Source: a virus
Taxonomy: Duplodnaviria; Caudoviricetes
Length of the DNA stretch: 64,000 nt
Reading direction: 5' to 3' (one strand)
IMG/VR virus record: IMGVR_UViG_3300030330_000562
Location: 22,434-86,433 of that record
Positions within the stretch are counted from its first letter, which is position 1, and each line of letters opens with the position of its first letter. This document shows, piece by piece, positions 9,441 to 18,308 of this stretch. The notes under the pieces are model-generated. The model searched no databases, was not told where the DNA came from, and worked only from the letters and a program-made list of their open reading frames with translations. A program made the position numbers and the translations under genes.

Positions 9441-10217
9441 TTACAACCAAGATGGTTTCTCCATAACAGTATAGTCACCCCAGTTTGTACCATAATCAGA
9501 TTGTTTTTCTGCCTTTGCAATAGTAGCTAAGGTTTTATGTAAATGTTTCATACCCCAATGCATAATCTCATTACCCATAATATGTAGATGAGAAACATAC
9601 GGTGCAGTTTTTTCACAAGCTATAAAAGAAAACTTCTTTATATTATATCCAGCTAGCTTGCAAGTATAAACATAGTGAGCACCTTGTAAAAAATACCCAT
9701 ACTTCACACACTCTTTTAAGAAACCTTTAGGACTAGCATCCTGTGTTGTCTTAACATCAAACACTGTTTGTTCTGATTCAATCATTAAGTCGGGTCTTGT
9801 TTTAAGAGTAAGGCCTGAGATAGGATCTTCTGCAAAAATACTTACCTCGTTTAACCTATCTGGATGGTTAAGGTAAGACGCACAGACTGGATTCTCTAAC
9901 GCACCCTTTGTTATACAGTTAGCTACGTTATATTCTACCTCTGTTAGAAGTATCTGGTCTTCAGTAAGATTTGCTTTTAAATTTTTATATGCAATGCTAG
10001 ACTTAGTCTTTGGACCTTTTACTACTAGATCACGTTCTTTTTCTAACAGGTTGGCATGTACTGCACTTCCCATTGCAAATGCAGGATTGTTTGCATTACG
10101 TTTTTCACCTTTCCAATGTGCAAGTGATTTCTTAAATACAGCTTTCACTGCACTAGAAGATATACCATCTCGCATATGGTATTCTTGATTAGACATATTT
10201 TCTATTACATTTTCCAT
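9441..10217 (-). CDS. Exonuclease VIII/RecE C-terminal-like nuclease (DUF3799-like)
   Basis: Y H...ISSS, GSAVH..LLE, K.RPD, DVKTT, Y..Q.A.Y motifs. Confidence 0.85.
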   Translation of the reverse strand: MENVIENMSNQEYHMRDGISSSAVKAVFKKSLAHWKGEKRNANNPAFAMGSAVHANLLEKERDLVVKGPKTKSSIAYKNLKANLTEDQILLTEVEYNVANCITKGALENPVCASYLNHPDRLNEVSIFAEDPISGLTLKTRPDLMIESEQTVFDVKTTQDASPKGFLKECVKYGYFLQGAHYVYTCKLAGYNIKKFSFIACEKTAPYVSHLHIMGNEIMHWGMKHLHKTLATIAKAEKQSDYGTNWGDYTVMEKPSWL

Positions 10218-10235
10218 TCTATATCCTTAAAAGGT

Positions 10236-10252
10236 GGCTCCCCGAAGGGAGC
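10236..10252 (-). terminator. Hairpin/terminator downstream of the SSB gene
   Basis: Minus strand reads GGCTCCC-TTC-GGGAGCC followed by ACCTTTT. Confidence 0.6.
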
Positions 10253-10271
10253 CTAGTTGTTTTGGAGGAGG

Positions 10272-10778
10272 TTAAAACAACACTTCGCTTTGTTTTTCTT
10301 CTTGAGCTACAGGTGGTGGCGAAGCATCATCCCCTGCAGTATCTGCTACATAGGTAACATGATCAATAACTTTGACTTTGTCTAACCTAGTACCGACAAT
10401 ATTAGGTCGGCTTGTGTCGTAAACGGATAGCTCTACTTCTACAGTAGACCCATTACCAATGGTGCCGTCAGAACTGATATCCCAAGTAGAACCATCAGAC
10501 TTTTGAACAATAGGTGCACCACTGTCCCAGTCTTTACCAGTGTTAAATTTACGTATAAACTTTACTTTAGTTCCACGTCCTTCTGCATCTGGCGTACCCT
10601 TCTTCATCGAACGTGAAGCTTTTAGGGTAGCTAGGTTATCATCATCCATAATGATGTCAATAGTGCAAGCACCATCATGGTCTCTGTAGACTCCGTCAAA
10701 ACCGTCCATGTCACGGTTAGTTTCAAATACTCTTGCCCATTCGGCAATACCAGTTAGTTTAATTTTACGTGTAGCCAT
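10272..10778 (-). CDS. Single-stranded DNA-binding protein (T7 gp2.5-like)
   Basis: Next to polA. OB-like core (IGNGS.V.V), acidic tail ending in Phe (EEKQSEVLF). Confidence 0.75.
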   Translation of the reverse strand: MATRKIKLTGIAEWARVFETNRDMDGFDGVYRDHDGACTIDIIMDDDNLATLKASRSMKKGTPDAEGRGTKVKFIRKFNTGKDWDSGAPIVQKSDGSTWDISSDGTIGNGSTVEVELSVYDTSRPNIVGTRLDKVKVIDHVTYVADTAGDDASPPPVAQEEKQSEVLF

Positions 10779-10792
10779 GTTGGCCTCCTTTA

Positions 10793-12640
10793 CTAATGCA
10801 CGTCACTATAACGTTGACCATACTGTATGTCAATACCTAAGTCAACATTTAATTTAAGTTTTTGGTTAAGTTTTTTTACAGCCCAGTTTAATGCATCACT
10901 GTGCTCATTTTGCTCTCCTTCTTTTACTAGGTTAATAGACTCGTCATGAAACTGACCAATGATATTTGGTCTACGTGTTCGATAATATGCAACCCACTTG
11001 TCAAAACAATATGCACCAGTAGATTGATTAAGTGTAGAGAACACATCTTTTTCATAACGAAGCGAATGCCAGAAACCACTTACAGGATTTTGTACCCACA
11101 TCTCACCGTTGATCTGTCTTATCTTTTGATCCTCAGAAAACTTTTTTACCGACCAGTTTCGATTCCAATATGCATCAAGCAATGCTTGAGACTGTGGGAC
11201 ACTCATCCCTGTGGTTCGAGATAACTTGGCAGCTCCAACGCCATAGGTTGCAGAATAGTTGACAACTTTGTAGTTCTTACGTAGTGCTTTCAGCTCTGGT
11301 TTTGTTCCGTGGTTGTAAGCATCAATATCAGACTGCTTGATTGCCCCTGCATGTTTGGCTAAGTCAAGATGTGGGTCAAAACCTGCTTGAGACATTTCAT
11401 GTACGTAGTCGGGATCGTAAGGCTGCATGTAATGTCTCTTAGTCGTATCCTCAAGGGAAGTCATATCCGCACCGCAAAGAACATAACCAGTTGGTGCTGT
11501 TAAGCAGCCACGTATCTCCTTGCCCCACGGTCTATCAATTCCTGGAAGATTAACCAAAGGTTTCTTATGCTTGAATCGTAAGGTGTTAGTAAGACCGTCA
11601 ATTTCAGCTCTAACGTATCCGTCTTGTTCACACTCAAGAAAGCCTTGAAAGATTCCAAGTCGGTGTTGCATCACAGTCAAACCCTCAAGTACTTCTACCA
11701 TTGGATTAGTTTCTGCAATTAGTTTTACTGAGTCTGTAAGTTCACCTTCCTTACGAACTTGTGGTATTTTTCTTTCTTCTCCTGTCTCCTTATTTTTGTC
11801 ATACTTAAATGTGCAAGGTTCCCACCCTAAAGAGTAGAGCCAATCTTTTACTTGGTCCGTAGAGTTAGGGTTTGGATCTTCCCAACTTTTGATGACTTCA
11901 ACTTCACCATCAAAATGTAAAGGCAAACCATTCTCTTGTAGGAGATCAAACCAACGTTGTCCGTGAGCCGATGCAGTGCCATCTTTTCTAAAACAATTCT
12001 TTGGTCTACTCTTTTTGGTGGTCACTTTCCGCTTTGGCATTACGCTAATTAGTTCAGCTTCCTTATCAGCTTTCTGTTTTGTAAGATCAGCAACACACTT
12101 CTCTGCCAACTCTACATCTAACTTCCAACCAACTTTCTCAGCCGCTGCAGCGCAATTCATCTTAAACTCTAGGTAGCGGAAAAATTTGTCGAGATTTACT
12201 CTGTCTTTATATATAAACATAAATCTTTTTAGGAGATCTTGCCACAAGCACGAGTTTATCTTTACATCTTCTGTACATCGGTGAGCATAATCCTCTTTTG
12301 ATAGGTTATTCCAATCATTAATCTGCGGTTTGGGAATACCAAAGTCTTCACCAAATGATTCTAGACCATGCTTAGAACGGTTGTAGTTAAGAACCCAAGA
12401 CATAGGTAGTGTATCAAATAGTTGAGCTTTGATCTTAATACCTAGTATCTTTTCTAGAAGTGGGATATCATATCTAATAATATTGTGGCCTATTAATCCA
12501 GGTTGCGCAAGCAATAGATTACGCATGTCAGAGTAGTCGAACAAAGTCTTGTACTCTCTACCATCATCAGTATAAGACAGGCAGTGTATTTTTGTTGCTT
12601 TGTCCAACAATCCGTTAGCTTCTACATCAAATACAATCAT
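10793..12640 (-). CDS. polA: Family A DNA polymerase with 3'-5' exonuclease
   Basis: FDVEANG (ExoI), GHNIIRYD (ExoII), ADMTSLE (motif A), RKNYKVVNYSATYG (motif B), QFHDES (motif C). Confidence 0.95.
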   Translation of the reverse strand: MIVFDVEANGLLDKATKIHCLSYTDDGREYKTLFDYSDMRNLLLAQPGLIGHNIIRYDIPLLEKILGIKIKAQLFDTLPMSWVLNYNRSKHGLESFGEDFGIPKPQINDWNNLSKEDYAHRCTEDVKINSCLWQDLLKRFMFIYKDRVNLDKFFRYLEFKMNCAAAAEKVGWKLDVELAEKCVADLTKQKADKEAELISVMPKRKVTTKKSRPKNCFRKDGTASAHGQRWFDLLQENGLPLHFDGEVEVIKSWEDPNPNSTDQVKDWLYSLGWEPCTFKYDKNKETGEERKIPQVRKEGELTDSVKLIAETNPMVEVLEGLTVMQHRLGIFQGFLECEQDGYVRAEIDGLTNTLRFKHKKPLVNLPGIDRPWGKEIRGCLTAPTGYVLCGADMTSLEDTTKRHYMQPYDPDYVHEMSQAGFDPHLDLAKHAGAIKQSDIDAYNHGTKPELKALRKNYKVVNYSATYGVGAAKLSRTTGMSVPQSQALLDAYWNRNWSVKKFSEDQKIRQINGEMWVQNPVSGFWHSLRYEKDVFSTLNQSTGAYCFDKWVAYYRTRRPNIIGQFHDESINLVKEGEQNEHSDALNWAVKKLNQKLKLNVDLGIDIQYGQRYSDVH

Positions 12641-14250
12641 GCTGCCATATCACTCCTTTCGTATGGAATCTCTTCAGATAAGATCGTAGTCTCTGGGTCG
12701 TAGTAGACTGAGCCTGCTCTACCAAGTTTAGCAAAAGGTCGGTTCTTATCAACTATAAACTCAGTTGTATTCTGCAGAATCTCATCTTCTGATTCTACAT
12801 CCCTTTCTATCTTTATACATATTATTGCCTCTTCTTCAAGAGAGGCTGCGTATTTTGTCCTACCATCGTCATTAACCTGTGATATAAATACCACACCTAT
12901 GTTTAGCTCCTTGGCTAGTTGAGCCATGCGTGAGCCAAGTGTGGTCAGTGTGCTAGTAGCACCATCCACACCAGTGTTAGATAGGTATGCAAGTCTCTGA
13001 ACATGGTCTACAAAAATATAGTCTGCACCAAAAGATGTTACAGCCATTCGGGTATAGTCCAGTAGACTCAGAGGATCATCATGAGACTGCATTTCAAAGA
13101 TGATTGTTCTGTTGTTTTCTGAGTCAGCAATCTTGTTTGCTGCTTCTTCTACTTCATCAAGACTGTATCCATTGCGGTCAGCATCTTCGTGAGTTCTAAC
13201 ATTACTGCCTAGGTGATAGGTAGCCATAGCTCGAAGAGTTGTAGACTTCATCTCTTCCATGTGTAACAATGCTATCTTTACGTTCTCATTTTGAAGTAGT
13301 CCAGTCTCGAAGTATCTGATCACTTCAGTCTTACCAGTGCCACGAGGTGCTTTGATAAATGTTAGACCACCTTTGACCATGCCACGGATCTTCTCATCAA
13401 GACCTGCATGACCAGTGGATACATACTCGTATGGACTCTCGTTACGTAAGGCAAGAGAGAAGTCGTCACGAGAACAGAAGAAGTTCTCAGGGCTGTACCG
13501 TTGAGGCTTCTTAGCTGCCCACATCAAGTCTTTACCATCACCTGCCTGTAAGAAATCATTAGCATCTTTGTGCTTAGACATGGGCACGTACCAGAACTTA
13601 TCTGGAAAAGCTTGGTATAACTTGTCTGCGGCTCTACGTCCTGCAGGATCTAATTCACCTGCATAGATAATCTCTTTGAAGGACGACAGATAAAGGTAAT
13701 TATGTTTAATAAACTTCTCACCAATACTAGCAGATGGTAATGACTTTACAGGAAATGTCTTACCAAGTATCTGATACAGTGATGCAGCATCAAACTCACC
13801 TTCAGTAATGTAAATGCGTTGGCTTGTCCCTGCGTTAAACTCAGGACCAAACAGATGGTTCATACCCATGCCACGATCTTTTGTCCAAGACTTAGACTTA
13901 TCATCTACCAGTCGATACTTGACAGTGTGTGGGTATTTATATGCATACCTGACTGGACGTCCATCATCACCAATCTGCAAGGCAATGCCGTACAATTCAG
14001 CAACGTCAGCATCTAGCCCACGTATACCCTCGTGAGTCTGCGACTCAATTTTTATATCCATAGGGTTTCTCCTCTCCTTTAATGGATACTCACTTTTTAC
14101 CCAATCAAATACCTGCGGCATATCTTTCATTGGGTAAGACCTAGAACAGGAGTGACAGTGACCATAGCCATCATCATTCCAGTTAAAGGCATCACTTGAT
14201 CCACACTCAACATACGGACATGCTAGATGTGGATTATCATTACTCGCCAT
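12637..14250 (-). CDS. T7 gp4-like primase-helicase
   Basis: N-terminal Cys4 zinc finger, TOPRIM (ITEGEFDA), Walker A APRGTGKT, Walker B IFVDH. Confidence 0.92.
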   Translation of the reverse strand: MASNDNPHLACPYVECGSSDAFNWNDDGYGHCHSCSRSYPMKDMPQVFDWVKSEYPLKERRNPMDIKIESQTHEGIRGLDADVAELYGIALQIGDDGRPVRYAYKYPHTVKYRLVDDKSKSWTKDRGMGMNHLFGPEFNAGTSQRIYITEGEFDAASLYQILGKTFPVKSLPSASIGEKFIKHNYLYLSSFKEIIYAGELDPAGRRAADKLYQAFPDKFWYVPMSKHKDANDFLQAGDGKDLMWAAKKPQRYSPENFFCSRDDFSLALRNESPYEYVSTGHAGLDEKIRGMVKGGLTFIKAPRGTGKTEVIRYFETGLLQNENVKIALLHMEEMKSTTLRAMATYHLGSNVRTHEDADRNGYSLDEVEEAANKIADSENNRTIIFEMQSHDDPLSLLDYTRMAVTSFGADYIFVDHVQRLAYLSNTGVDGATSTLTTLGSRMAQLAKELNIGVVFISQVNDDGRTKYAASLEEEAIICIKIERDVESEDEILQNTTEFIVDKNRPFAKLGRAGSVYYDPETTILSEEIPYERSDMAA

Positions 14251-14368
14251 TATTAGCCTCCTCTCGTTCCTTGGCTCTTTGTCTCTCTTCTTTAGTCATA
14301 GGGCGTATCTCTTTTGATATACCCTTTATGCGATCAATGTGCCATTCTTGTGGTTCTTGCTTTACCAT
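14240..14368 (-). CDS. Small hypothetical protein (not in the ORF track)
   Basis: Translated by hand as MVKQEPQEWHIDRIKGISKEIRPMTKEERQRAKEREEANNGE (42 aa). Overlaps its neighbours in operon fashion. Confidence 0.55.
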   Translation of the reverse strand: MVKQEPQEWHIDRIKGISKEIRPMTKEERQRAKEREEANNGE

Positions 14369-14511
14369 AGTGGATTCATCATGTCAAACAATTTATACCA
14401 AGATGATCCCTCTAGTGCTAGCCACATGAGGATCGGTACACCAATTAGAAAGAACACGCAAGTTAAAAATGCCCACATGAGACCTTTTGTCGTACAATAG
14501 TTTTCTGTCAT
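14362..14511 (-). CDS. Small membrane protein (not in the ORF track)
   Basis: MTENYCTTKGLMWAFLTCVFFLIGVPILMWLALEGSSWYKLFDMMNPLW (49 aa), one hydrophobic helix. Confidence 0.6.
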   Translation of the reverse strand: MTENYCTTKGLMWAFLTCVFFLIGVPILMWLALEGSSWYKLFDMMNPLW

Positions 14512-14672
14512 CTATTAAATCCTCTACTTGTTTGTTGAATCTGTGCGGATGTTTCGTCATCCCAACCATCTTGAATTGACTTACAACTTTCTTTTGGGCA
14601 GTCTGTGTATTTAGTTGCGTTAAAATATTCTTTACAGATGGGACACTCTATCTCTCTGTATCTTCTCATCAT
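14508..14672 (-). CDS. Small zinc-finger-like protein
   Basis: CPIC...C....C. Likely start at 14672, an ATGA overlap with the thyX stop. Confidence 0.55.
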   Translation of the reverse strand: MMRRYREIECPICKEYFNATKYTDCPKESCKSIQDGWDDETSAQIQQTSRGFNR

Positions 14673-15358
14673 GCGTATGCCCTCAGTGCTATCCAAGATT
14701 CTGGAAATAACTCAATCATTTTGTCTCCTATTTGTTCTGCTACTAACCTAGTCTCATACTGAGTATCAGGTTTTAATCGTAGTCCACACATCTTTGAAAA
14801 TGCATAGAGTGAACCTGACCAATACCATTCAGTCATTGTAGACTGTGGTAGTACCATACGTGCTTGTTCTGGAGCAATACCTTTGTCCAATAACTTTGAA
14901 TATAAAGCACGGCACCACTCAGTAGTCTCCACTACATCATCTAAAAGCTCTAGATCTTCTTTTAAATCTATAAAACCTTCACTACCTTGTTTTTTGTCTT
15001 TTGCACGTCCACGCCATACATCGTCTTTAGGCCAATACCAATCAGGTTTATCATCCACATATCTACGGCTGATTTCATTCCAAGGCATGTACTCATGCTT
15101 CTGTAGCTGACGTGCTACAAAGATAGGAGCCTTAACATGAAACGTAGCAAAGGCATGATTGAATGGTGACTTGTGGTGATGCCTAGCTAGGTAATTAATT
15201 AACTTTGTATCTGTCTCTGGAAGAAACGGAATCATAGTGGGATCATCACCTAGACTTTCATGATTAAGAGGCTTACTATTTTTACCAAAGCTAACTCTAG
15301 CTGCATTGACCACGGATAGATCACTACCCATGTGATCAATGTATGTTACTTTAATCAT
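14669..15358 (-). CDS. thyX: Flavin-dependent thymidylate synthase
   Basis: GSDLSVVNAARVSF, H.SPF.H, VARQL.KH...NEISRRY, EQAR.VLP motifs. Confidence 0.93.
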   Translation of the reverse strand: MIKVTYIDHMGSDLSVVNAARVSFGKNSKPLNHESLGDDPTMIPFLPETDTKLINYLARHHHKSPFNHAFATFHVKAPIFVARQLQKHEYMPWNEISRRYVDDKPDWYWPKDDVWRGRAKDKKQGSEGFIDLKEDLELLDDVVETTEWCRALYSKLLDKGIAPEQARMVLPQSTMTEWYWSGSLYAFSKMCGLRLKPDTQYETRLVAEQIGDKMIELFPESWIALRAYA

Positions 15359-15360
15359 TC

Positions 15361-15756
15361 CTACTCCTTATAAAATATGTGTGACCCTAAAGTCACAGTA
15401 TGTTTATAGTGTTTACTCCAAAAAGGTTTAACATAGTTTGCATGGTAGTAGACAGATCCATCTGTATTGTCCTTGACATGCCCATACACTACTTTGTGTG
15501 CAACAAGCTGAGAGTCTAACCATGCTCGTCTTTCTCTAGGTTTATCTGACTTACCATCACAGTACCAACTAAATTGACACTTACCTAGACCTTTTTCTAA
15601 ACCCTGATACACCACCTTACACGCATCGTTAGGAAACTTATCATCAGCTACACGATTAAGCACAACGTGAGCTACTGCATACTGTCCCTCTAACGGTTCA
15701 CTACGTGCCTCATAGTACACGTTAAGTGCAATGCATGTAAGCATCTCAGCTATCAT
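15361..15756 (-). CDS. SleB/CwlJ-like cell wall hydrolase (Hydrolase_2)
   Basis: ALNVYYEARSE...AVA.VVLNRV...QFSW...YYHANYV.P.W...G.H.FY signature. Confidence 0.9.
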   Translation of the reverse strand: MIAEMLTCIALNVYYEARSEPLEGQYAVAHVVLNRVADDKFPNDACKVVYQGLEKGLGKCQFSWYCDGKSDKPRERRAWLDSQLVAHKVVYGHVKDNTDGSVYYHANYVKPFWSKHYKHTVTLGSHIFYKE

Positions 15757-15959
15757 TTATTTACTCCCATGTTCATCGGTGCATAGACTTCACCATTATA
15801 TTGACTGCCAGTCTCATTATCTACACCAAAGTTACACCATGCTAAGATAACTAGTATAGCCAGTATCCAATAGACCGCTGTCTTACTGTACTTGATAAAC
15901 TTTTCATAGGTTTTCTTAGCTTCTATCTCTGCAAGTTCGTTCGGTGCTTTTCCTTTCAT
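15753..15959 (-). CDS. Small membrane protein
   Basis: 68 aa with one transmembrane segment (AVYWILAILVILAWCNF). Confidence 0.6.
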   Translation of the reverse strand: MKGKAPNELAEIEAKKTYEKFIKYSKTAVYWILAILVILAWCNFGVDNETGSQYNGEVYAPMNMGVNK

Positions 15960-16066
15960 TCTTCTATATCCTTTCCCTTATGCTTCTTCTTTCTAGGCAC
16001 TACACCCTTCTTTCTATCAGGTATAGCTTTCTGTTTATACTTTGGTTGCCGAAGGTCTTTTGCCAT
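15956..16066 (-). CDS. Small basic protein (not in the ORF track)
   Basis: MAKDLRQPKYKQKAIPDRKKGVVPRKKKHKGKDIEE (36 aa), ATGA overlap with the next gene. Confidence 0.5.
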   Translation of the reverse strand: MAKDLRQPKYKQKAIPDRKKGVVPRKKKHKGKDIEE

Positions 16067-16073
16067 CGGGTTT

Positions 16074-16271
16074 TTAATGTATCGGTCCTTCATACCAGTC
16101 ATCCCATACTTCACTAAGTTCATCGTGGAACTCTATATCAGCAGCCATCAAAAAGAAAAGAGCTGATAGCTCCACTGCATATTCATCTTTAATTTTACCT
16201 TGAGCAAACAACTTGCCATACTTTCTAAAAGTAGAGGCAGGTATGCTTCTCTCATGTTTCTTTTTCTTCAT
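16074..16271 (-). CDS. Hypothetical protein
   Basis: 65 aa, overlaps the recombinase stop. Confidence 0.55.
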   Translation of the reverse strand: MKKKKHERSIPASTFRKYGKLFAQGKIKDEYAVELSALFFLMAADIEFHDELSEVWDDWYEGPIH

Positions 16272-17152
16272 TGCCTTTGTCTCCTCTCCAATGCAGACTT
16301 TGCGGTTTTTAAACTAAATTTATTATACGGATTTAGACTGCTGACATTCTTGTGTCCAGTCACAGATTGAATGGCTAAGTGGTCTACGTCACTCTCAATC
16401 ATCTGAACAATGGCGGTCTTACGCAGATCACCTACCCTCAGCTCATCAGGAAGGCAAGCAATAGCCTTAACCTCTGCCAGTAGTCCAGTCATCTGGGAAA
16501 CTGTTAGCGGTCTGTAGGCACCGTCTGAGGCTCTGTGGTGAGGCACTACATACGGTTGGAAGTCCCAGTCACCCTTCTGTTCAGTGAGCATGGCAATTAA
16601 GTTAGGTGGTATCGGTAATTCTACCTCAGCTCCACGTTTAGTTTGTTTGATTTGTACAACTCCCTCATCAAGATCAACGTTGTCCCAAGTTAGATTGCGA
16701 ATATCTATTGGACGTTGACCCCACTCATAGCACATCAATACGATCAACCCGATGTTACGCCATTCGAATTTAGTAAAGGCGGTATCGAGAAATGATAGTA
16801 CCTGATCGTGTGTCCATACGACAGATCGTGGTTCACTGCTACGTTTCTTAACTTTAGCCATTGGATTAGTCACCATTATCTCCATTGATATGAGGTAGTT
16901 GATGAGAACTGAAAACACCCTAGCGTTATGGTTTGCATTCGAGGTGGATGTTTCCAGCTCCCACGTATCGTATATCTCAGAGCACATCGGTACGGTCAAC
17001 TTGTTTAGCTTCACGTTACCAAGTCGTCTTCCCATAACAGACATACGACAGAAAGCTAATAGACAACACTCGTAGTTCTTTTGAGAGGAACTAGAGAGGG
17101 AGCAGAACTGGCGAGTGTGGAGATAATTGTCTACAGCTTTATTAAATTTCAT
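16268..17152 (-). CDS. Tyrosine recombinase/integrase family protein
   Basis: GQRPIDI (R), KQTK (K), GDLRKTA (R, with the usual H replaced by G), TGHK (H), LNPY (Y). Start set to the ATG at 17152; the ORF track extends to 17167. Confidence 0.85.
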   Translation of the reverse strand: MKFNKAVDNYLHTRQFCSLSSSSQKNYECCLLAFCRMSVMGRRLGNVKLNKLTVPMCSEIYDTWELETSTSNANHNARVFSVLINYLISMEIMVTNPMAKVKKRSSEPRSVVWTHDQVLSFLDTAFTKFEWRNIGLIVLMCYEWGQRPIDIRNLTWDNVDLDEGVVQIKQTKRGAEVELPIPPNLIAMLTEQKGDWDFQPYVVPHHRASDGAYRPLTVSQMTGLLAEVKAIACLPDELRVGDLRKTAIVQMIESDVDHLAIQSVTGHKNVSSLNPYNKFSLKTAKSALERRQRQ

Positions 17153-17202
17153 ATCTTTCCTATCCAATGTGAACAGTCATCATGTGGGTCATCTACTTCC
17201 AT
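17149..17202 (-). CDS. Micro-ORF coupled to the recombinase
   Basis: MEVDDPHDDCSHWIGKI (17 aa), strong GGAGGT SD, ATGA overlap with the recombinase start. Confidence 0.45.
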   Translation of the reverse strand: MEVDDPHDDCSHWIGKI

Positions 17203-17233
17203 AGGCACCTCCTACATTAAGGAGCCTATAGTT

Positions 17234-17296
17234 ATACTTAAAGTTTATAATAATACTACTATTAATATTAAAAAACTTTAAGTATACTTTAAGTAT
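17234..17296. repeat. AT-rich element with ATACTTAAAGT / ACTTTAAGTAT inverted arms (copy 1)
   Basis: ATACTTAAAGT at 17234, ACTTTAAGTAT tandem at 17275 and 17286, TACTACT..ATTAATA core. Similar element at 24020..24107. Confidence 0.75.
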
Positions 17297-17339
17297 ATAA
17301 AATACACTAATTTACTAATTAATCAAGTGTGACATGTCG

Positions 17340-18308
17340 TCACATATATTTCTTCCAATACTTATTACTACCATAATTGTCTGCGTAGTTGTAATACCTA
17401 GACATATCATCAATGTGGCACTCCTCCATGAGTGTGTGTGGGTTAAAGCCATACTGGTCAAGCAGCTCTGCAATCCTAGTTGGGTAGTCAACAATAATCT
17501 GCTCAAGAGCAAAAGTATTATCTTCATCGTAATCATACCTGTAACCATATTTGTCATTGCGTTGCCACAAGTCCTCAACCTTGGATGCATCACGCTCAAA
17601 CACTAGACCAGACCAGTCAGATTGACACAGTGCAATCAGTAATTCATCAGCATAATCAAGGTCTTGCACCTCGTTCTTAGTGTGTTGATTGTAGTAGCCA
17701 ACACTGATATTAGTGCACTCAGATACTACTGAAGCATACTCATTGCTATCGGTATAAGAACCAGTGTTGTCAGGTTCTAATAGTGGCATATTTACAACAT
17801 CTGCAAAAGATTTTGCAAAGGCATCAGATGCAGTACGCAGTCCCATCTGGTGTGTGATCACAGAGTTCTGACCCTTACGATCAAAAGATATTACTGCGTC
17901 AATGTAACTCAGCCACTGAGGTTCAGATGCTACAAGCTGCTGACTACCCTGACACCCAGACTCTTCTGCTGCATGAATAACATAGACACCTTTTACACCG
18001 AACTCAATCATGCCAAGGATCAGCCATACACCAGTGGTGCAGTCAGCACCTAGACAATTAGAGTCAGCATGGTTAGATACAGACACTACGTCATTCATAA
18101 TGATTAGCTTTTGAAAGCCATCAGTGCTATGCACAGTGTCATGGTGTGCAGTAAAACATAGATTAGGTTTGTCACCTATCACCTTGATATAATTACCAAA
18201 CTTGTCAGGCTTGCCGAACGTAGGTTCGAGAAACCTCTTACAAAAAGCTCGCTGCGTAGCACTACCCTCTGGTCGTTTGTAACGCAACATTTCTACTAGA
18301 CTATGCAT
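17340..18308 (-). CDS. M28/M20-family zinc peptidase-like protein
   Basis: FTAHHDTVH, LGADCTTG, AEESG and D/H metal-ligand pattern typical of aminopeptidase-fold enzymes. Confidence 0.8.
   Translation of the reverse strand: MHSLVEMLRYKRPEGSATQRAFCKRFLEPTFGKPDKFGNYIKVIGDKPNLCFTAHHDTVHSTDGFQKLIIMNDVVSVSNHADSNCLGADCTTGVWLILGMIEFGVKGVYVIHAAEESGCQGSQQLVASEPQWLSYIDAVISFDRKGQNSVITHQMGLRTASDAFAKSFADVVNMPLLEPDNTGSYTDSNEYASVVSECTNISVGYYNQHTKNEVQDLDYADELLIALCQSDWSGLVFERDASKVEDLWQRNDKYGYRYDYDEDNTFALEQIIVDYPTRIAELLDQYGFNPHTLMEECHIDDMSRYYNYADNYGSNKYWKKYM

Noticed and set aside
10793-12640. HMO-2011-type polymerase with a DnaJ zinc-finger insertion
   Set aside because: No CxxCxGxG repeats between the exonuclease and polymerase domains.
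6435-14250. Inteins or introns in nrdJ, polA or the primase-helicase
   Set aside because: Lengths are compact and motifs contiguous, with no Hint or homing-endonuclease insertions.
17153-17340. tRNA gene or tRNA-derived attP core next to the recombinase
   Set aside because: No T-loop (GTTCRA) or CCA-ending cloverleaf fragment was seen here or in the 22.85-24.2 kb region.
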